A stretch of DNA of 16,180 nucleotides from Candidatus Eiseniibacteriota bacterium (GCA_046598045.1 JBKJJJ010000058.1:1-16180), one strand, 5' to 3'; positions 1-10,007 are shown, counted from the first letter of the stretch. The notes: generated by a model from the sequence alone, not told the origin. Translations and numbers: made by a program.

Positions 1-1
1 G

Positions 2-631
2 ACGATCGGCAAGAAGATCATCATGGCCGTGACAGGCCTCGTGTGGGTCGGATTCATTCTGACCCACATGTCGTCGAACCTGCTGGCATTTGCCGGCGCT
101 GAATCGCTGAATCACTACGCCAGGCTGCTGCGCACGATCCCCGAGCTCTTGTGGCTCGCGCGTGGCATCCTGATCGTCTCGATCGTCGCCCACGTCGGCA
201 TGGCCGTGCAGGTGACGCGCGCGAGCAGGGCGGCGCGCCCGGTGGGCTACGCCTCGAGAGATCCGCAGGTCTCCACGTTCGCTGCGCGAACAATCCGCTG
301 GGGCGGGTTGTTGATCCTGATCTTCCTTGTGTTCCACATCCTGCACATGACGCTGGGGACGGTGCACCCCGCCTTTCAGCATCTCATGCCCTATCAGAAC
401 GTCGTGAGCGGCTTCGGCATGCAACCCCTCGTCGCGGTCTTCTATATCCTGATGATGGTGGTCGTGGCTCTGCATCTCTATCACGGCTCATGGAGCGCGG
501 TTCGCTCCCTCGGGTTCGCGCGTCCGTCGCGCGATCCACTAAAGCGGCGTATCGCTCTGGGCATCGCGTTCGCAGTCTGGCTTGGCTTTACCGCGGTGCC
601 CGTTGGTGTGCTACTCGGAGTGCTCCGATGA
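2..631 (+). CDS. sdhC: Succinate dehydrogenase cytochrome b subunit (single membrane anchor, b558 type), 5'-truncated by the window edge
   Basis: The frame is open from base 2 (TIGKKIIMAVTGL, the typical N-terminal motif of this family), so the track's start at 23 is internal. About 5 hydrophobic helices with candidate heme-ligand His residues (LTHM, VAHV, VFHILH, ALHLYHG). Lies directly upstream of sdhA; no sdhD present. Confidence 0.93.
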   Translation, partial: TIGKKIIMAVTGLVWVGFILTHMSSNLLAFAGAESLNHYARLLRTIPELLWLARGILIVSIVAHVGMAVQVTRASRAARPVGYASRDPQVSTFAARTIRWGGLLILIFLVFHILHMTLGTVHPAFQHLMPYQNVVSGFGMQPLVAVFYILMMVVVALHLYHGSWSAVRSLGFARPSRDPLKRRIALGIAFAVWLGFTAVPVGVLLGVLR

Positions 632-760
632 TGGGATTGCCTCGGGTGATGCGAGGTGCATGCGCGTCGCTCCGCTCTGCGCGACAGCATTCCATCGCCG
701 ACATTTGTCGCCCTGAGCGAAGCGAAGGGCATGCACCTTCTGTTACTGCCGGGCAACCCC
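632..760. repeat. REP/MITE-like inverted-repeat insertion in the sdhC-sdhA spacer
   Basis: 33-bp inverted arms at 654-686 and 706-738 (28/33 match); outer inverted repeat GGGATTGCC 633-641 / GGCAACCCC 752-760; direct repeat CCGATGA at 625-631 and 759-765. The right arm TGTCGCCCTGAGCGAAGCGAAGGGC resembles the GTCATCCTGAGCGAAGCGAAGGA class of extragenic palindromes (from memory). Confidence 0.75.
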
Positions 761-761
761 G

Positions 762-2680
<1,919 letters not shown>

Positions 2681-2681
<1 letters not shown>

Positions 2682-3463
2682 TGAAGCTCACGCTCAAGGT
2701 CTGGCGTCAGCCCAACGCGCAGGCGAAGGGCTCGTTCGTCGACTATACGGTCGACGGCATCAGCCCCGACATGTCGTTCCTCGAGATGCTCGACACGCTC
2801 AACGAGCAGCTGATCGCCCGTCGGGAGGAGCCGGTCGCGTTCGACCACGATTGCCGCGAGGGCATCTGCGGCTCGTGCGGCGTGGTCGTCAACGGCCGCC
2901 CGCACGGTCCGCGGGACCGCACGACCGCCTGCCAGCTCCACATGCGCAGCTTCCAGGACGGCGACACGCTGACGATCGAGCCCTGGCGCGCCGCCGCGTT
3001 CCCGGTCGTGCGCGACCTGGTCGTCGACCGCGGCGCGTTCGACCGCATCATCGCGGCGGGCGGCTTCGTCGCGGTCCCCACCGGCGCCGCGCAGGACGCG
3101 AACAGCCTGCCCGTGCCCAAGGAGAACGCCGACCTCGCGTTCGACGCCGCTTCGTGCATCGGCTGCGGCGCTTGCGTCGCGGCGTGCCCGAACGCGGCCG
3201 CGATGCTGTTCACCGCCGCCAAGGTGTCGCAGCTCGCGCTCCTGCCGCAGGGCCAGCCCGAGCGCACAGCGCGCGCGCTCGCCATGGTCGCGCAGATGGA
3301 CAAGGAGGGCTTCGGCTCGTGCACGAACCACTTCGAGTGCATGGCCGCCTGCCCCAAGGGCATCTCGGTCGACTTCATCGCGCGGCTGAACTCGGAGTTC
3401 ATCGCGGCCAGCGCGGCGCAGGGCAGGCGACCGGCGAAGGCCGGGGATTCGGCAGCGGGCTGA
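2681..3463 (+). CDS. sdhB: Succinate dehydrogenase/fumarate reductase iron-sulfur subunit
   Basis: True start is ATG 2681 ([10 protein letters not shown]), overlapping the sdhA stop (TGATG). Cys clusters CREGICGSC...[12 protein letters not shown] and [11 protein letters not shown]. This is the C-terminal 260 aa of the track ORF 1145..3463. Confidence 0.96.
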
Positions 3464-3479
3464 TAGGGAGGTTCCTACC

Positions 3480-4286
3480 ATGAACGATCGCGTCACCACC
3501 TTTCGCCAGCTCCACGAATCCGGCTGCTTCGTGATCCCGAACCCGTGGGATGTCGGCAGCGCGCGCCTGCTCCAGGCGCTCGGGTTCAAGGCGCTCGCGA
3601 CCACGAGCTCGGGGTTCGCCTGGACGCAGGGCCTCCGCGACAACCACGTGCCGCTCGAGGATCACCTCGCCCACCTCTCCGCGATCAGCGCCGCGGTCGA
3701 CGTGCCGGTCAACGCCGACTTCGAACACGGCTTCGCGGTCGATCCCGAAGGCGTCGCCACGAACGTCGCGCGCGCCGTCACCACCGGCGTGGCCGGGCTC
3801 TCGATCGAGGACTCGACGGGGGATGAAGCGCACCCCCTGTTCGACTTCGCGCTCGCGGTCGAGCGCATCCGCGCCGCGCGCGCGGCGATCGACGCGAGCG
3901 GGACGGGCGTGCTGCTGACCGGCCGCTCCGAGGGCTTTCTCGTCGGACGCCCCGACCTCGCGGAGACGATCCGCCGGCTTCAGGCCTACGCGGAGGCGGG
4001 CGCCGAGTGCCTGTACGCGCCCGGCTTGCGCAAGCACGAGGACATTCGCGCGGTCGTCGCGGCGGCCTCCCCGAAGCCTGTCAACCTGCTCGTCGACGCC
4101 GACTTCGTGACCGTCGAGCAGGCGCGCGCGCTCGGCGTGCGCCGCATCAGCGTCGGCGGGGCGCTCGCGCGGGCCGCGTGGACCGGATTTCTCGAGGCCG
4201 CGCGCGAGATCGCCACCGACGGCACGTTCAAGGCTCTCGGCCGCGCCGTCCCGTTCGCCGAACTCGACGGCATGTTCAAGCCGTGA
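3480..4286 (+). CDS. Isocitrate lyase/phosphoenolpyruvate mutase superfamily protein
   Basis: 268 aa; FRQLH, PNPWDVGSA, ALATTSSG, PVNADFEHG, GLSIED, AYAEAGA, PVN, GVRRISVG. SD GGAGG upstream. Lacks the KKCGH loop of PrpB/ICL. Confidence 0.9.
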   Translation: MNDRVTTFRQLHESGCFVIPNPWDVGSARLLQALGFKALATTSSGFAWTQGLRDNHVPLEDHLAHLSAISAAVDVPVNADFEHGFAVDPEGVATNVARAVTTGVAGLSIEDSTGDEAHPLFDFALAVERIRAARAAIDASGTGVLLTGRSEGFLVGRPDLAETIRRLQAYAEAGAECLYAPGLRKHEDIRAVVAAASPKPVNLLVDADFVTVEQARALGVRRISVGGALARAAWTGFLEAAREIATDGTFKALGRAVPFAELDGMFKP

Positions 4287-4333
4287 TGCTCGCCGAGGGG
4301 TGGATCGTCCCGCGCCCGGACCCGAGGGCTTGA

Positions 4334-5326
4334 ATGGCCGACATCCTCAAGGCCGAGCCCGAGCCGACCGACCGCCTGACGGTCGGCATCGCGCAGATTG
4401 CACCCGTCTGGCTCGATCGGGAGCGGACGATCGCGAAGGTCGTCGCGTGGATCGAACGCGCCGCCGCGCGCGAGTGCCGACTGGTCGCGTTCGGCGAGGC
4501 GCTCGTGCCGGGTTACCCGTTCTGGATCGAGCACACCGACGGCGCCCGGTTCGACTCGCCCCGGCAGAAGGAGATCTTCGCCCGCTACGCGCGGGAGGCG
4601 GTGCAGATCGAGGCCGGGCATCTCGCGCCGGTGCTCGACGCGGCGCGAAAACATCGGATCGCCGTATACCTCGGATGCATCGAGCGCCCTGCGGACCGCG
4701 GCGGGCACTCGCTCTATGCTTCCCTCGTCCATGTCGCAGCGGACGGCACGATCGGCTCGGTGCACCGCAAGCTGGTGCCCACCTACGAGGAACGCCTCGC
4801 GTGGTCGCCGGGGGACGGGCACGGCTTGCGCACGCACGCGCTCGGACCGTTCACCGTAGGCGGCCTCAACTGTTGGGAGAACTGGATGCCACTGGCCCGC
4901 GCGGCGCTCTATGCGCAGGGCGAAGACGTGCACGTCGCAGTCTGGCCCGGCAACCCGGCGAATACGCTGGACATCACACGCTTCATCGCGAAGGAGTCCC
5001 GCTCCTACGTGCTTTCCGCCTGCGGTTACCTCGCGACCGAGCTCCTCCCGTCCGACACTCCGCAACTCGAGGCGCTTCGCCAGGGAGCGCCGGCCGTCCC
5101 CCACCGCGGGGGCTCGTGCATCGCCGGGCCGGACGGGGCATGGATCGTCGAGCCCATCGTGGACGCGGAGACGCTCCTCGTCGCCACGCTCGACCATCGC
5201 CGCGTGCGCGAGGAACGCCAGAACTTCGACGCCGCCGGACACTACAGTCGCCCCGACGTGACGCGCCTCGTCGTGGACCGCACGCGACAGAGCACGGTCG
5301 AGTGGAAGGACGAGCCCTCCCAGTAA
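4334..5326 (+). CDS. Carbon-nitrogen hydrolase (nitrilase)
   Basis: 330 aa; catalytic triad E (FGEALVPGYP), K (HRKLVPTYEER), C (LNCWENW); C-terminal FDAAGHYSRPD typical of nitrilases. Confidence 0.92.
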   Translation: MADILKAEPEPTDRLTVGIAQIAPVWLDRERTIAKVVAWIERAAARECRLVAFGEALVPGYPFWIEHTDGARFDSPRQKEIFARYAREAVQIEAGHLAPVLDAARKHRIAVYLGCIERPADRGGHSLYASLVHVAADGTIGSVHRKLVPTYEERLAWSPGDGHGLRTHALGPFTVGGLNCWENWMPLARAALYAQGEDVHVAVWPGNPANTLDITRFIAKESRSYVLSACGYLATELLPSDTPQLEALRQGAPAVPHRGGSCIAGPDGAWIVEPIVDAETLLVATLDHRRVREERQNFDAAGHYSRPDVTRLVVDRTRQSTVEWKDEPSQ

Positions 5327-5340
5327 TTCGCGCCGGCAGA

Positions 5341-5413
5341 TTGGATTCTGTCCCACGCCGGGCGCACACTCCGCTTTCAAGTTGTCCCGGCAGTTTCACG
5401 CGCCCCCGTGAAA
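5341..5413 (+). promoter_or_regulatory. Putative sigma70-type promoter and downstream inverted repeat for the HNH gene
   Basis: TTGGAT (5341-5346), 18-bp spacer, CACACT (5365-5370); perfect inverted repeat TTTCACG-N6-CGTGAAA at 5394-5413. Confidence 0.4.
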
Positions 5414-5424
5414 TGGCCCGCCTC

Positions 5425-6726
5425 ATGCGCAGCTACAAGCTGGATCACGTCGGCGACGCCGCCCTGCTCACCGCTTTGTCGGCGCTCGTCACGCGCGATC
5501 GCGTCACGACCGCCAGGCTGCTGGCCCACATCGCCGAGGTCGACGCCCGGCGCCTCTACCTCCCGGCGGGCTACCCGTCGATGTTCGCGTATTGCGTCGA
5601 GGGCCTGCACCTGTCCGAGGACGCGACGTTCAAGCGCATCCAGGTCGCCCGGACCGCGCGGGAGTTTCCGGCCGTGTTCGCGGCGCTGGCCGACGGCCGC
5701 CTGCATTGCACCGCGGTGCGGCTGCTCGCGCCCCACCTGTCGGCGGCGAACGCGGACGAGCTGATCGCGGCGGCCACGCACCGCACGCGGCCCGAGGTCG
5801 AACTCTGGCTCGCCCGGCGCTTCCCGCGGGCGGAGGCGCTTCGCCTCGATGACGGGGTCTCCGCGCTGCCTCGTCAACCTGCCCCGGGGCAGGTTGCGGG
5901 TCCCGGACCCGCGCCGTGTCCCGGACTCGCGCCGCGTCTCGAACCCGCGCCGTGTCCCGAACCTGCCCCGGGGCAGGTTCCCACACGCATCGCGCCGTCG
6001 GCGCCCGAGCGCTACAGCCTGCAGGTCACGATCTCGCAGGCGACGCACGACAAGTTGCGTTACGCGCAATCGTTGCTCGGGCACTCGCTTCCGTCCGGCG
6101 ACGTTGCGCTGGTGCTCGATCGCGCGCTCGATTCGCTGATCGGCGATCTCGAGAAACGGAATTTCGCGGTCACCGCAAAGCCTCGCCCGCACCCGCGCCC
6201 CGCGCTGCCCGCTCGCGGCGCTCGCACCATCCCCGCGCACGTCCGCCGCGCGGTTTGGGAGCGGGACCGCGGCCAGTGCACGTTTGTCGGCAACGCCGGC
6301 CGGCCTTGCGGCGAGCGGATGCGACTCGAGTTCGACCACGCCGATCCCGTGGCGCGGGGCGGCTCGTCGATGGCGGAGAACATCCGGTTGCGCTGCCGCG
6401 CGCACAATCAGTTCGAGGCGGAGAGGGCGTTCGGAGCTGAGTTCATGCAGGGGAAACGCGCGAGCTCGGCCCTGACCGAGGACGTGATCGCCGGTCTCCG
6501 CGGCCTCGGGCTGGGCGCGAACGAAGCCCGCCGCGTGGCGATCGCCGCCACTGGCGACACGGTCGAGGCGCGGTTGCGAAACGCGCTGAGGATGCTTCGC
6601 CCGCGCGGCACGACGGTCGAGCACGGCCGCGTGACCTCGAACATTCCGCCGGCCCTGATCGCCGGATTCGGCCCCGCCGTCGCGACCGCGAGTCCTTCGA
6701 CGACCGCACGGGGACCGACGCCATAG
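5425..6726 (+). CDS. Multi-domain HNH endonuclease (DUF222-like helical N-domain, Pro-rich linker, RHH-like segment, Zn-HNH, RuvA-C-like tail)
   Basis: Start ATG 5425 (MRSYKL; alternative ATG 5413), 433 aa. HNH signature RTIPAHVRRAVWERDRGQC-x9-C...LEFDHADPVARGG...ENIRLRCRAHN. The N-domain (LLAHIAEVDARRLY..GYPSMFAYC..L.LSE....KRI..AR..R.FP....LADGRL) looks like DUF222-type HNH proteins. This is the C-terminal part of the track ORF 4300..6726. Confidence 0.85.
   Translation: MRSYKLDHVGDAALLTALSALVTRDRVTTARLLAHIAEVDARRLYLPAGYPSMFAYCVEGLHLSEDATFKRIQVARTAREFPAVFAALADGRLHCTAVRLLAPHLSAANADELIAAATHRTRPEVELWLARRFPRAEALRLDDGVSALPRQPAPGQVAGPGPAPCPGLAPRLEPAPCPEPAPGQVPTRIAPSAPERYSLQVTISQATHDKLRYAQSLLGHSLPSGDVALVLDRALDSLIGDLEKRNFAVTAKPRPHPRPALPARGARTIPAHVRRAVWERDRGQCTFVGNAGRPCGERMRLEFDHADPVARGGSSMAENIRLRCRAHNQFEAERAFGAEFMQGKRASSALTEDVIAGLRGLGLGANEARRVAIAATGDTVEARLRNALRMLRPRGTTVEHGRVTSNIPPALIAGFGPAVATASPSTTARGPTP
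5875..5980. repeat. Two perfect 22-bp palindromes bracketing an 18-bp tandem repeat inside the HNH CDS
   Basis: CAACCTGCCCCGGGGCAGGTTG (5875-5896) and GAACCTGCCCCGGGGCAGGTTC (5959-5980). 18-mers of consensus GTCCCGRACCCGCGCCGT start at 5900, 5918, 5936 and 5954; the last merges into palindrome 2. Confidence 0.92.
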
Positions 6727-6756
6727 CCGCGGGCCGCCGGCTGCCGGCCTTGGGTC

Positions 6757-7365
6757 TCAGCTCGAATTTCGCGCGTCCAGGGCGCGCCGCACGTCGTCGA
6801 GCGTCACGCCGACCGCGCGCAGCGCCACCAGCGCGTGGTACACGAGGTCGGCGCCCTCCTCGGCCGCGCGCGCCGGGTCACTGTCCGCGAGCGCGGTCAC
6901 CAGCTCGGCGCATTCCTCGCCGAGCTTCTTGAGCCGCAGGTTGCGGTCGGCCAGGAGCCGCTGCGTGTAGCTCGCGCCGGCCATCGCGGCCGCGCGCGCG
7001 TCGATCGTCCGCGCGAGCGTGGAGAGCGCATCGCCCCCGTCCTGGCCGAAACAGGTGACGTCGCCCGAGTGGCACGCCGGGCCCGCGGGCAGGACGCGCG
7101 CCAGCACGGCGTCGCCATCGCAGTCGGGAGCGAGCGACACGACGCGCTGGACGTTCCCGCTCGTCTCGCCCTTGCGCCACAGGCCGCGGGTGCGCGAGCG
7201 GTAGTGCATCTCACCGGTCGCGAGCGTGCGCTCGAGCGCCTCGCGGTCGGCGCGCGCCACCATCAACACGGCGCCGGTCACGGCGTCCTGCGCGATCACG
7301 GTCACCCACCCTTCGTTCTTCTCGAAGTCCAGGTCATCCAGGTTCAGCCGGGCGCCCGCGCTCAC
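6757..7365 (-). CDS. hisIE: Bifunctional phosphoribosyl-AMP cyclohydrolase / phosphoribosyl-ATP diphosphatase
   Basis: GTG start at 7365 overlapping the hisF stop (GTGA); LWRKGETSGN, DCDGDA, GPACHSG..CF (HisI); SYTQRL, KKLGEE, EEGADLVYH (HisE). Confidence 0.93.
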   Translation of the reverse strand: MSAGARLNLDDLDFEKNEGWVTVIAQDAVTGAVLMVARADREALERTLATGEMHYRSRTRGLWRKGETSGNVQRVVSLAPDCDGDAVLARVLPAGPACHSGDVTCFGQDGGDALSTLARTIDARAAAMAGASYTQRLLADRNLRLKKLGEECAELVTALADSDPARAAEEGADLVYHALVALRAVGVTLDDVRRALDARNSS

Positions 7366-8123
7366 GAGGCCTGCCTGACCGCGATGCCCGCCCGTGCGAG
7401 CTCGCGCTTGATGTCGGTCACCGCGAGCACGCGCTCGTGCAGGACCCCCGCGAGCAGCGCGGCGTCGGCTTCGCCCTCGAGCAGGACTTCCCGCACGTGC
7501 GCCGCCGAACCGGCCCCGCCCGATGCCACGACCGGGACGTCCACCGCGCGCGCGACCTCGCGGGTCAGCGCCAGGTCGTATCCGTTTCGGCCACCGTCCC
7601 TGTCCACGCTGGTGAGCAGGATCTCGCCTGCGCCGCGACGCGCGAGTTCCCGCGCCCATGCCACGGCGTCGAGCCCGGTGTCCACGCGGCCGCCGCGCGT
7701 CATCACGGTCCAGCGCTCGCCCACCTGCCGGGCATCGATGCTGCCGACCACGCACTGGCTGCCGAAGCGCCGCGCCGCCTCCACGATCACCTCCGGGCGC
7801 TCGACCGCCGCGGTGTTCAGGCTCACCTTGTCGGCACCGGCGCGCAGGATGTCCGCCACGTCGTCCGCGCTGCGGGCGCCGCCGCCCACGGTGAGCGGAA
7901 CGAACAGCCGCTCGGCGGTGCGGCGCACCACGTCGAGGAGCGTCGCCCGCTCCTCGTGGCTGGCGGAGATGTCGAGCAGCACGATCTCGTCGATTCCCTC
8001 GGTCTCGTAGCGCACTGCGAGCTCGACCGGATCGCCGACGTCGCGCAGGTCGACGAAGCGCGTTCCCTTGACCGTGCGGCCCCCGGCCACGTCGAGGCAG
8101 GCGATGATGCGGCGGCCGAGCAT
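7362..8123 (-). CDS. hisF: Imidazole glycerol phosphate synthase cyclase subunit
   Basis: MLGRRIIACLDV..GRTVKG, GDPVELA, LDISAS, PLTVGGG, GADKVSLNT, FGSQCVV, GAGEILLTSVDRDG, PVVASGGAG. ATG 8123 overlaps the hisB stop. Confidence 0.96.
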   Translation of the reverse strand: MLGRRIIACLDVAGGRTVKGTRFVDLRDVGDPVELAVRYETEGIDEIVLLDISASHEERATLLDVVRRTAERLFVPLTVGGGARSADDVADILRAGADKVSLNTAAVERPEVIVEAARRFGSQCVVGSIDARQVGERWTVMTRGGRVDTGLDAVAWARELARRGAGEILLTSVDRDGGRNGYDLALTREVARAVDVPVVASGGAGSAAHVREVLLEGEADAALLAGVLHERVLAVTDIKRELARAGIAVRQAS

Positions 8124-8683
8124 CAGGAGACCCCCGTCGCGTCGATCCCCGTGACGGACGTGACCACCGCGCCCTTCGTGCTGAACACCTGGTCCCCGTC
8201 CGAGAGCGCCTGCCGGAGCGCGAGGCCCAGCCCCTTGAATGCGGCCTCGACCACGTGGTGCGAGTCCGTGCCGCGCAGCACGCGGACGTGCAGCGTCGCG
8301 CGCGCCTCGGTCGCGAAGGATCGCATCCAGTGGCCATACATGCGCCCGGGGAGCTTGCCCTCGTAGTAGGCGCGCCCGCCGAAATCGAGCGCGACCTGCA
8401 CGAGCGCGTCGTCCATCGGGATCACGCGCTCGCCGTAGCGCGCGCACGCGACGGGCGCGAGCTCGCGGAACGCCTGCCCGAGCGCGATCGCCGTGTCCTC
8501 GATGAGGTGATGGCGCAGGTCGCCCGTCGCCTCGAGCTCGAGCGTCACGCCGGCGTAGCGGGCGAGCGTTTCGAGCATGTGGGTCAGGAAGCGGTTGTCC
8601 GTGACGATGCGCGAATCGCCCGGGGCCTTTGCAAGGCGCAATTGAATCGTGGTCTCGCGGGTCGCGCGTCTGAGCTCGATCAT
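8123..8683 (-). CDS. hisB: Imidazoleglycerol-phosphate dehydratase (monofunctional)
   Basis: 186 aa; RATRETTI, FLTHML, HHLIEDTAIALG, IPMDDAL, TLH, DSHHVVEAAFKG, STKG. No N-terminal phosphatase domain. Confidence 0.94.
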   Translation of the reverse strand: MIELRRATRETTIQLRLAKAPGDSRIVTDNRFLTHMLETLARYAGVTLELEATGDLRHHLIEDTAIALGQAFRELAPVACARYGERVIPMDDALVQVALDFGGRAYYEGKLPGRMYGHWMRSFATEARATLHVRVLRGTDSHHVVEAAFKGLGLALRQALSDGDQVFSTKGAVVTSVTGIDATGVS

Positions 8684-9399
8684 GCGAAATACTCCAGGGC
8701 CAGGCGTGCGGGATCGAGCCGGCCGGCGTAGAGGGCCATTCCGAGCACCGCGGCGGATATGCCGAGGCGCTCCAGTGCGATGAGGTCATCGAACGAGGTG
8801 ATGCCGCCGGCGGCCTGCACCGGATGTCGCGTGAGACTCGTGACGCGCCGCATGAGGTCGAAATCCGGCCCTGCGAGCGCGCCTTCCCTGTGTACGGCGG
8901 TGACCAGCACGCCCGCGAGCGGCAGCGGCTCGAGCGACGCGAGCACCTGCTCGAGCGGCCGCGCGATCGCCTCGGTCCAGCCGCCCACGACCACCAGGCT
9001 GTCGCGCACGTCCACGGCCACGATCAGTTGCCCGGGGAAGGCGGCCGCGACCCCGCGCAGCCAGTCCGGGTCGGAGAGCGCACGCGTGCCGAGCACGACG
9101 TGGCGCGCGCCGGCCGAGAGCCACCCGGCTACCGCCGCCTCGTCGCGCACGCCTCCGCCCACCTGGACCGCTTGGGGGCCGAGGCCGGCGGCGAGAATCC
9201 GCGCCATCGCGGCCGAGTTCTCGCCGCGGCCGGTGGCGGCGTCGAGATCCACGACGTGCAGGCGGCGAAAGCCGAGGGCCGCCCAGCGACCCGCGACCGC
9301 GACGGGGTCGGGCAGCCGGATCGCCTCGTGTGCGTAGCTCCCACCGACGAGTTGCACGCAGGCGCCGTCCCGCAGGTCGAGCGCGGGGATCGCGATCAT
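8680..9399 (-). CDS. hisA: ProFAR isomerase
   Basis: ATG 9399: MIAIPALDLRDGACVQLVGG, LHVVDLDAA, QVGGGVRD, VVLGT, VAVD, REGALAGPD, AAGGI; ATGA overlaps at both ends. Confidence 0.94.
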   Translation of the reverse strand: MIAIPALDLRDGACVQLVGGSYAHEAIRLPDPVAVAGRWAALGFRRLHVVDLDAATGRGENSAAMARILAAGLGPQAVQVGGGVRDEAAVAGWLSAGARHVVLGTRALSDPDWLRGVAAAFPGQLIVAVDVRDSLVVVGGWTEAIARPLEQVLASLEPLPLAGVLVTAVHREGALAGPDFDLMRRVTSLTRHPVQAAGGITSFDDLIALERLGISAAVLGMALYAGRLDPARLALEYFA

Positions 9400-10007
9400 G
9401 ACCGCACCCACGGGCGCGGCTCGCGGGTCGCCGACGCGACGACGTCGGCGATCAGCGCGATCCCGGCGCGGGAACTCTTCTCGGGATGGAACTGCACGCC
9501 GAGCGTGCGCGCCACGCGCACCACCGCGGGGAAGCGGTCCCGTTCGTGCTCGCTCCAGGCAAGGACGGTGGTGGCATCCGCGGGCTCGCAGACGTAGCTG
9601 TTCGCGAAGTAGGCGATCGCGAGGTCCGGTTTCTCCGGCGCGGTCCAGGCGATGTCGTTCCAGCCCATCTGCGGCACCCGCGCCGCGCGCAGGCGCCGCA
9701 CGCTTCCTGTGATCAGTCCGAGGCCCTGTCCCGCTCCCTCTTCGCTCGAGTCGAACAGGAGCTGCATCCCGAGGCAGACGGCCAGGCAGGGCAGCCCGCC
9801 TTCCAGCGCTTCGCGCATGGCTTCGCGCCCGGGCGCGAGTCGCTCGCACGCGGCTTCGAACGCGCCCACGCCGGGCAGCACGAGCAAGTCGGTCGCGAGT
9901 GCGCGCCGCGGGTCCGCCTCGACCGTCACGCGGGCCCCGCCGGCGACCAATGCCTTCGCCAGCGAGTGCAGGTTGCCGGCGCCGTAGTCGAAGATCGTGG
10001 CGTTCAC
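9396..10007 (-). CDS. hisH: Imidazole glycerol phosphate synthase glutaminase subunit
   Basis: GTG start at 10007 with SD GAGGAG; DYGAGNLHS, LPGVGAF, VCLGMQLLF (catalytic Cys), VPQMGWN, GVQFHPEKS (His-Glu). Confidence 0.94.
   Translation of the reverse strand: MNATIFDYGAGNLHSLAKALVAGGARVTVEADPRRALATDLLVLPGVGAFEAACERLAPGREAMREALEGGLPCLAVCLGMQLLFDSSEEGAGQGLGLITGSVRRLRAARVPQMGWNDIAWTAPEKPDLAIAYFANSYVCEPADATTVLAWSEHERDRFPAVVRVARTLGVQFHPEKSSRAGIALIADVVASATREPRPWVRS

Noticed and set aside
4300..5412. 808-aa ORF suggesting a long N-terminal extension of the HNH protein
   Set aside because: The upstream part is an off-frame shadow of the nitrilase gene and crosses a promoter-like spacer. Recognisable HNH-family sequence starts at 5413/5425.
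5875..5980. Possible mini-CRISPR array next to an HNH nuclease
   Set aside because: Only two copies, loop-less palindromes, an intervening region made of tandem repeats, in-frame within a CDS, and no cas genes.
5425..6726. IscB/Cas9-like RNA-guided nuclease or group II intron maturase
   Set aside because: No PLMP, split RuvC or reverse-transcriptase motifs; flanks (98 and 30 bp) leave little room for an omegaRNA-sized locus.
5332..6748. 8-bp inverted repeat GCCGGCAG (5332-5339) / CTGCCGGC (6741-6748) as terminal repeats of the HNH cassette
   Set aside because: Short, nearly all GC, no flanking target duplication, and the right copy is part of a local palindrome. Chance is a sufficient explanation unless paralog alignments support it.
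6727..6756. Terminator between the convergent HNH and hisIE genes
   Set aside because: GCCGGC-T-GCCGGC symmetry is present but there is no convincing U-tract on either strand.
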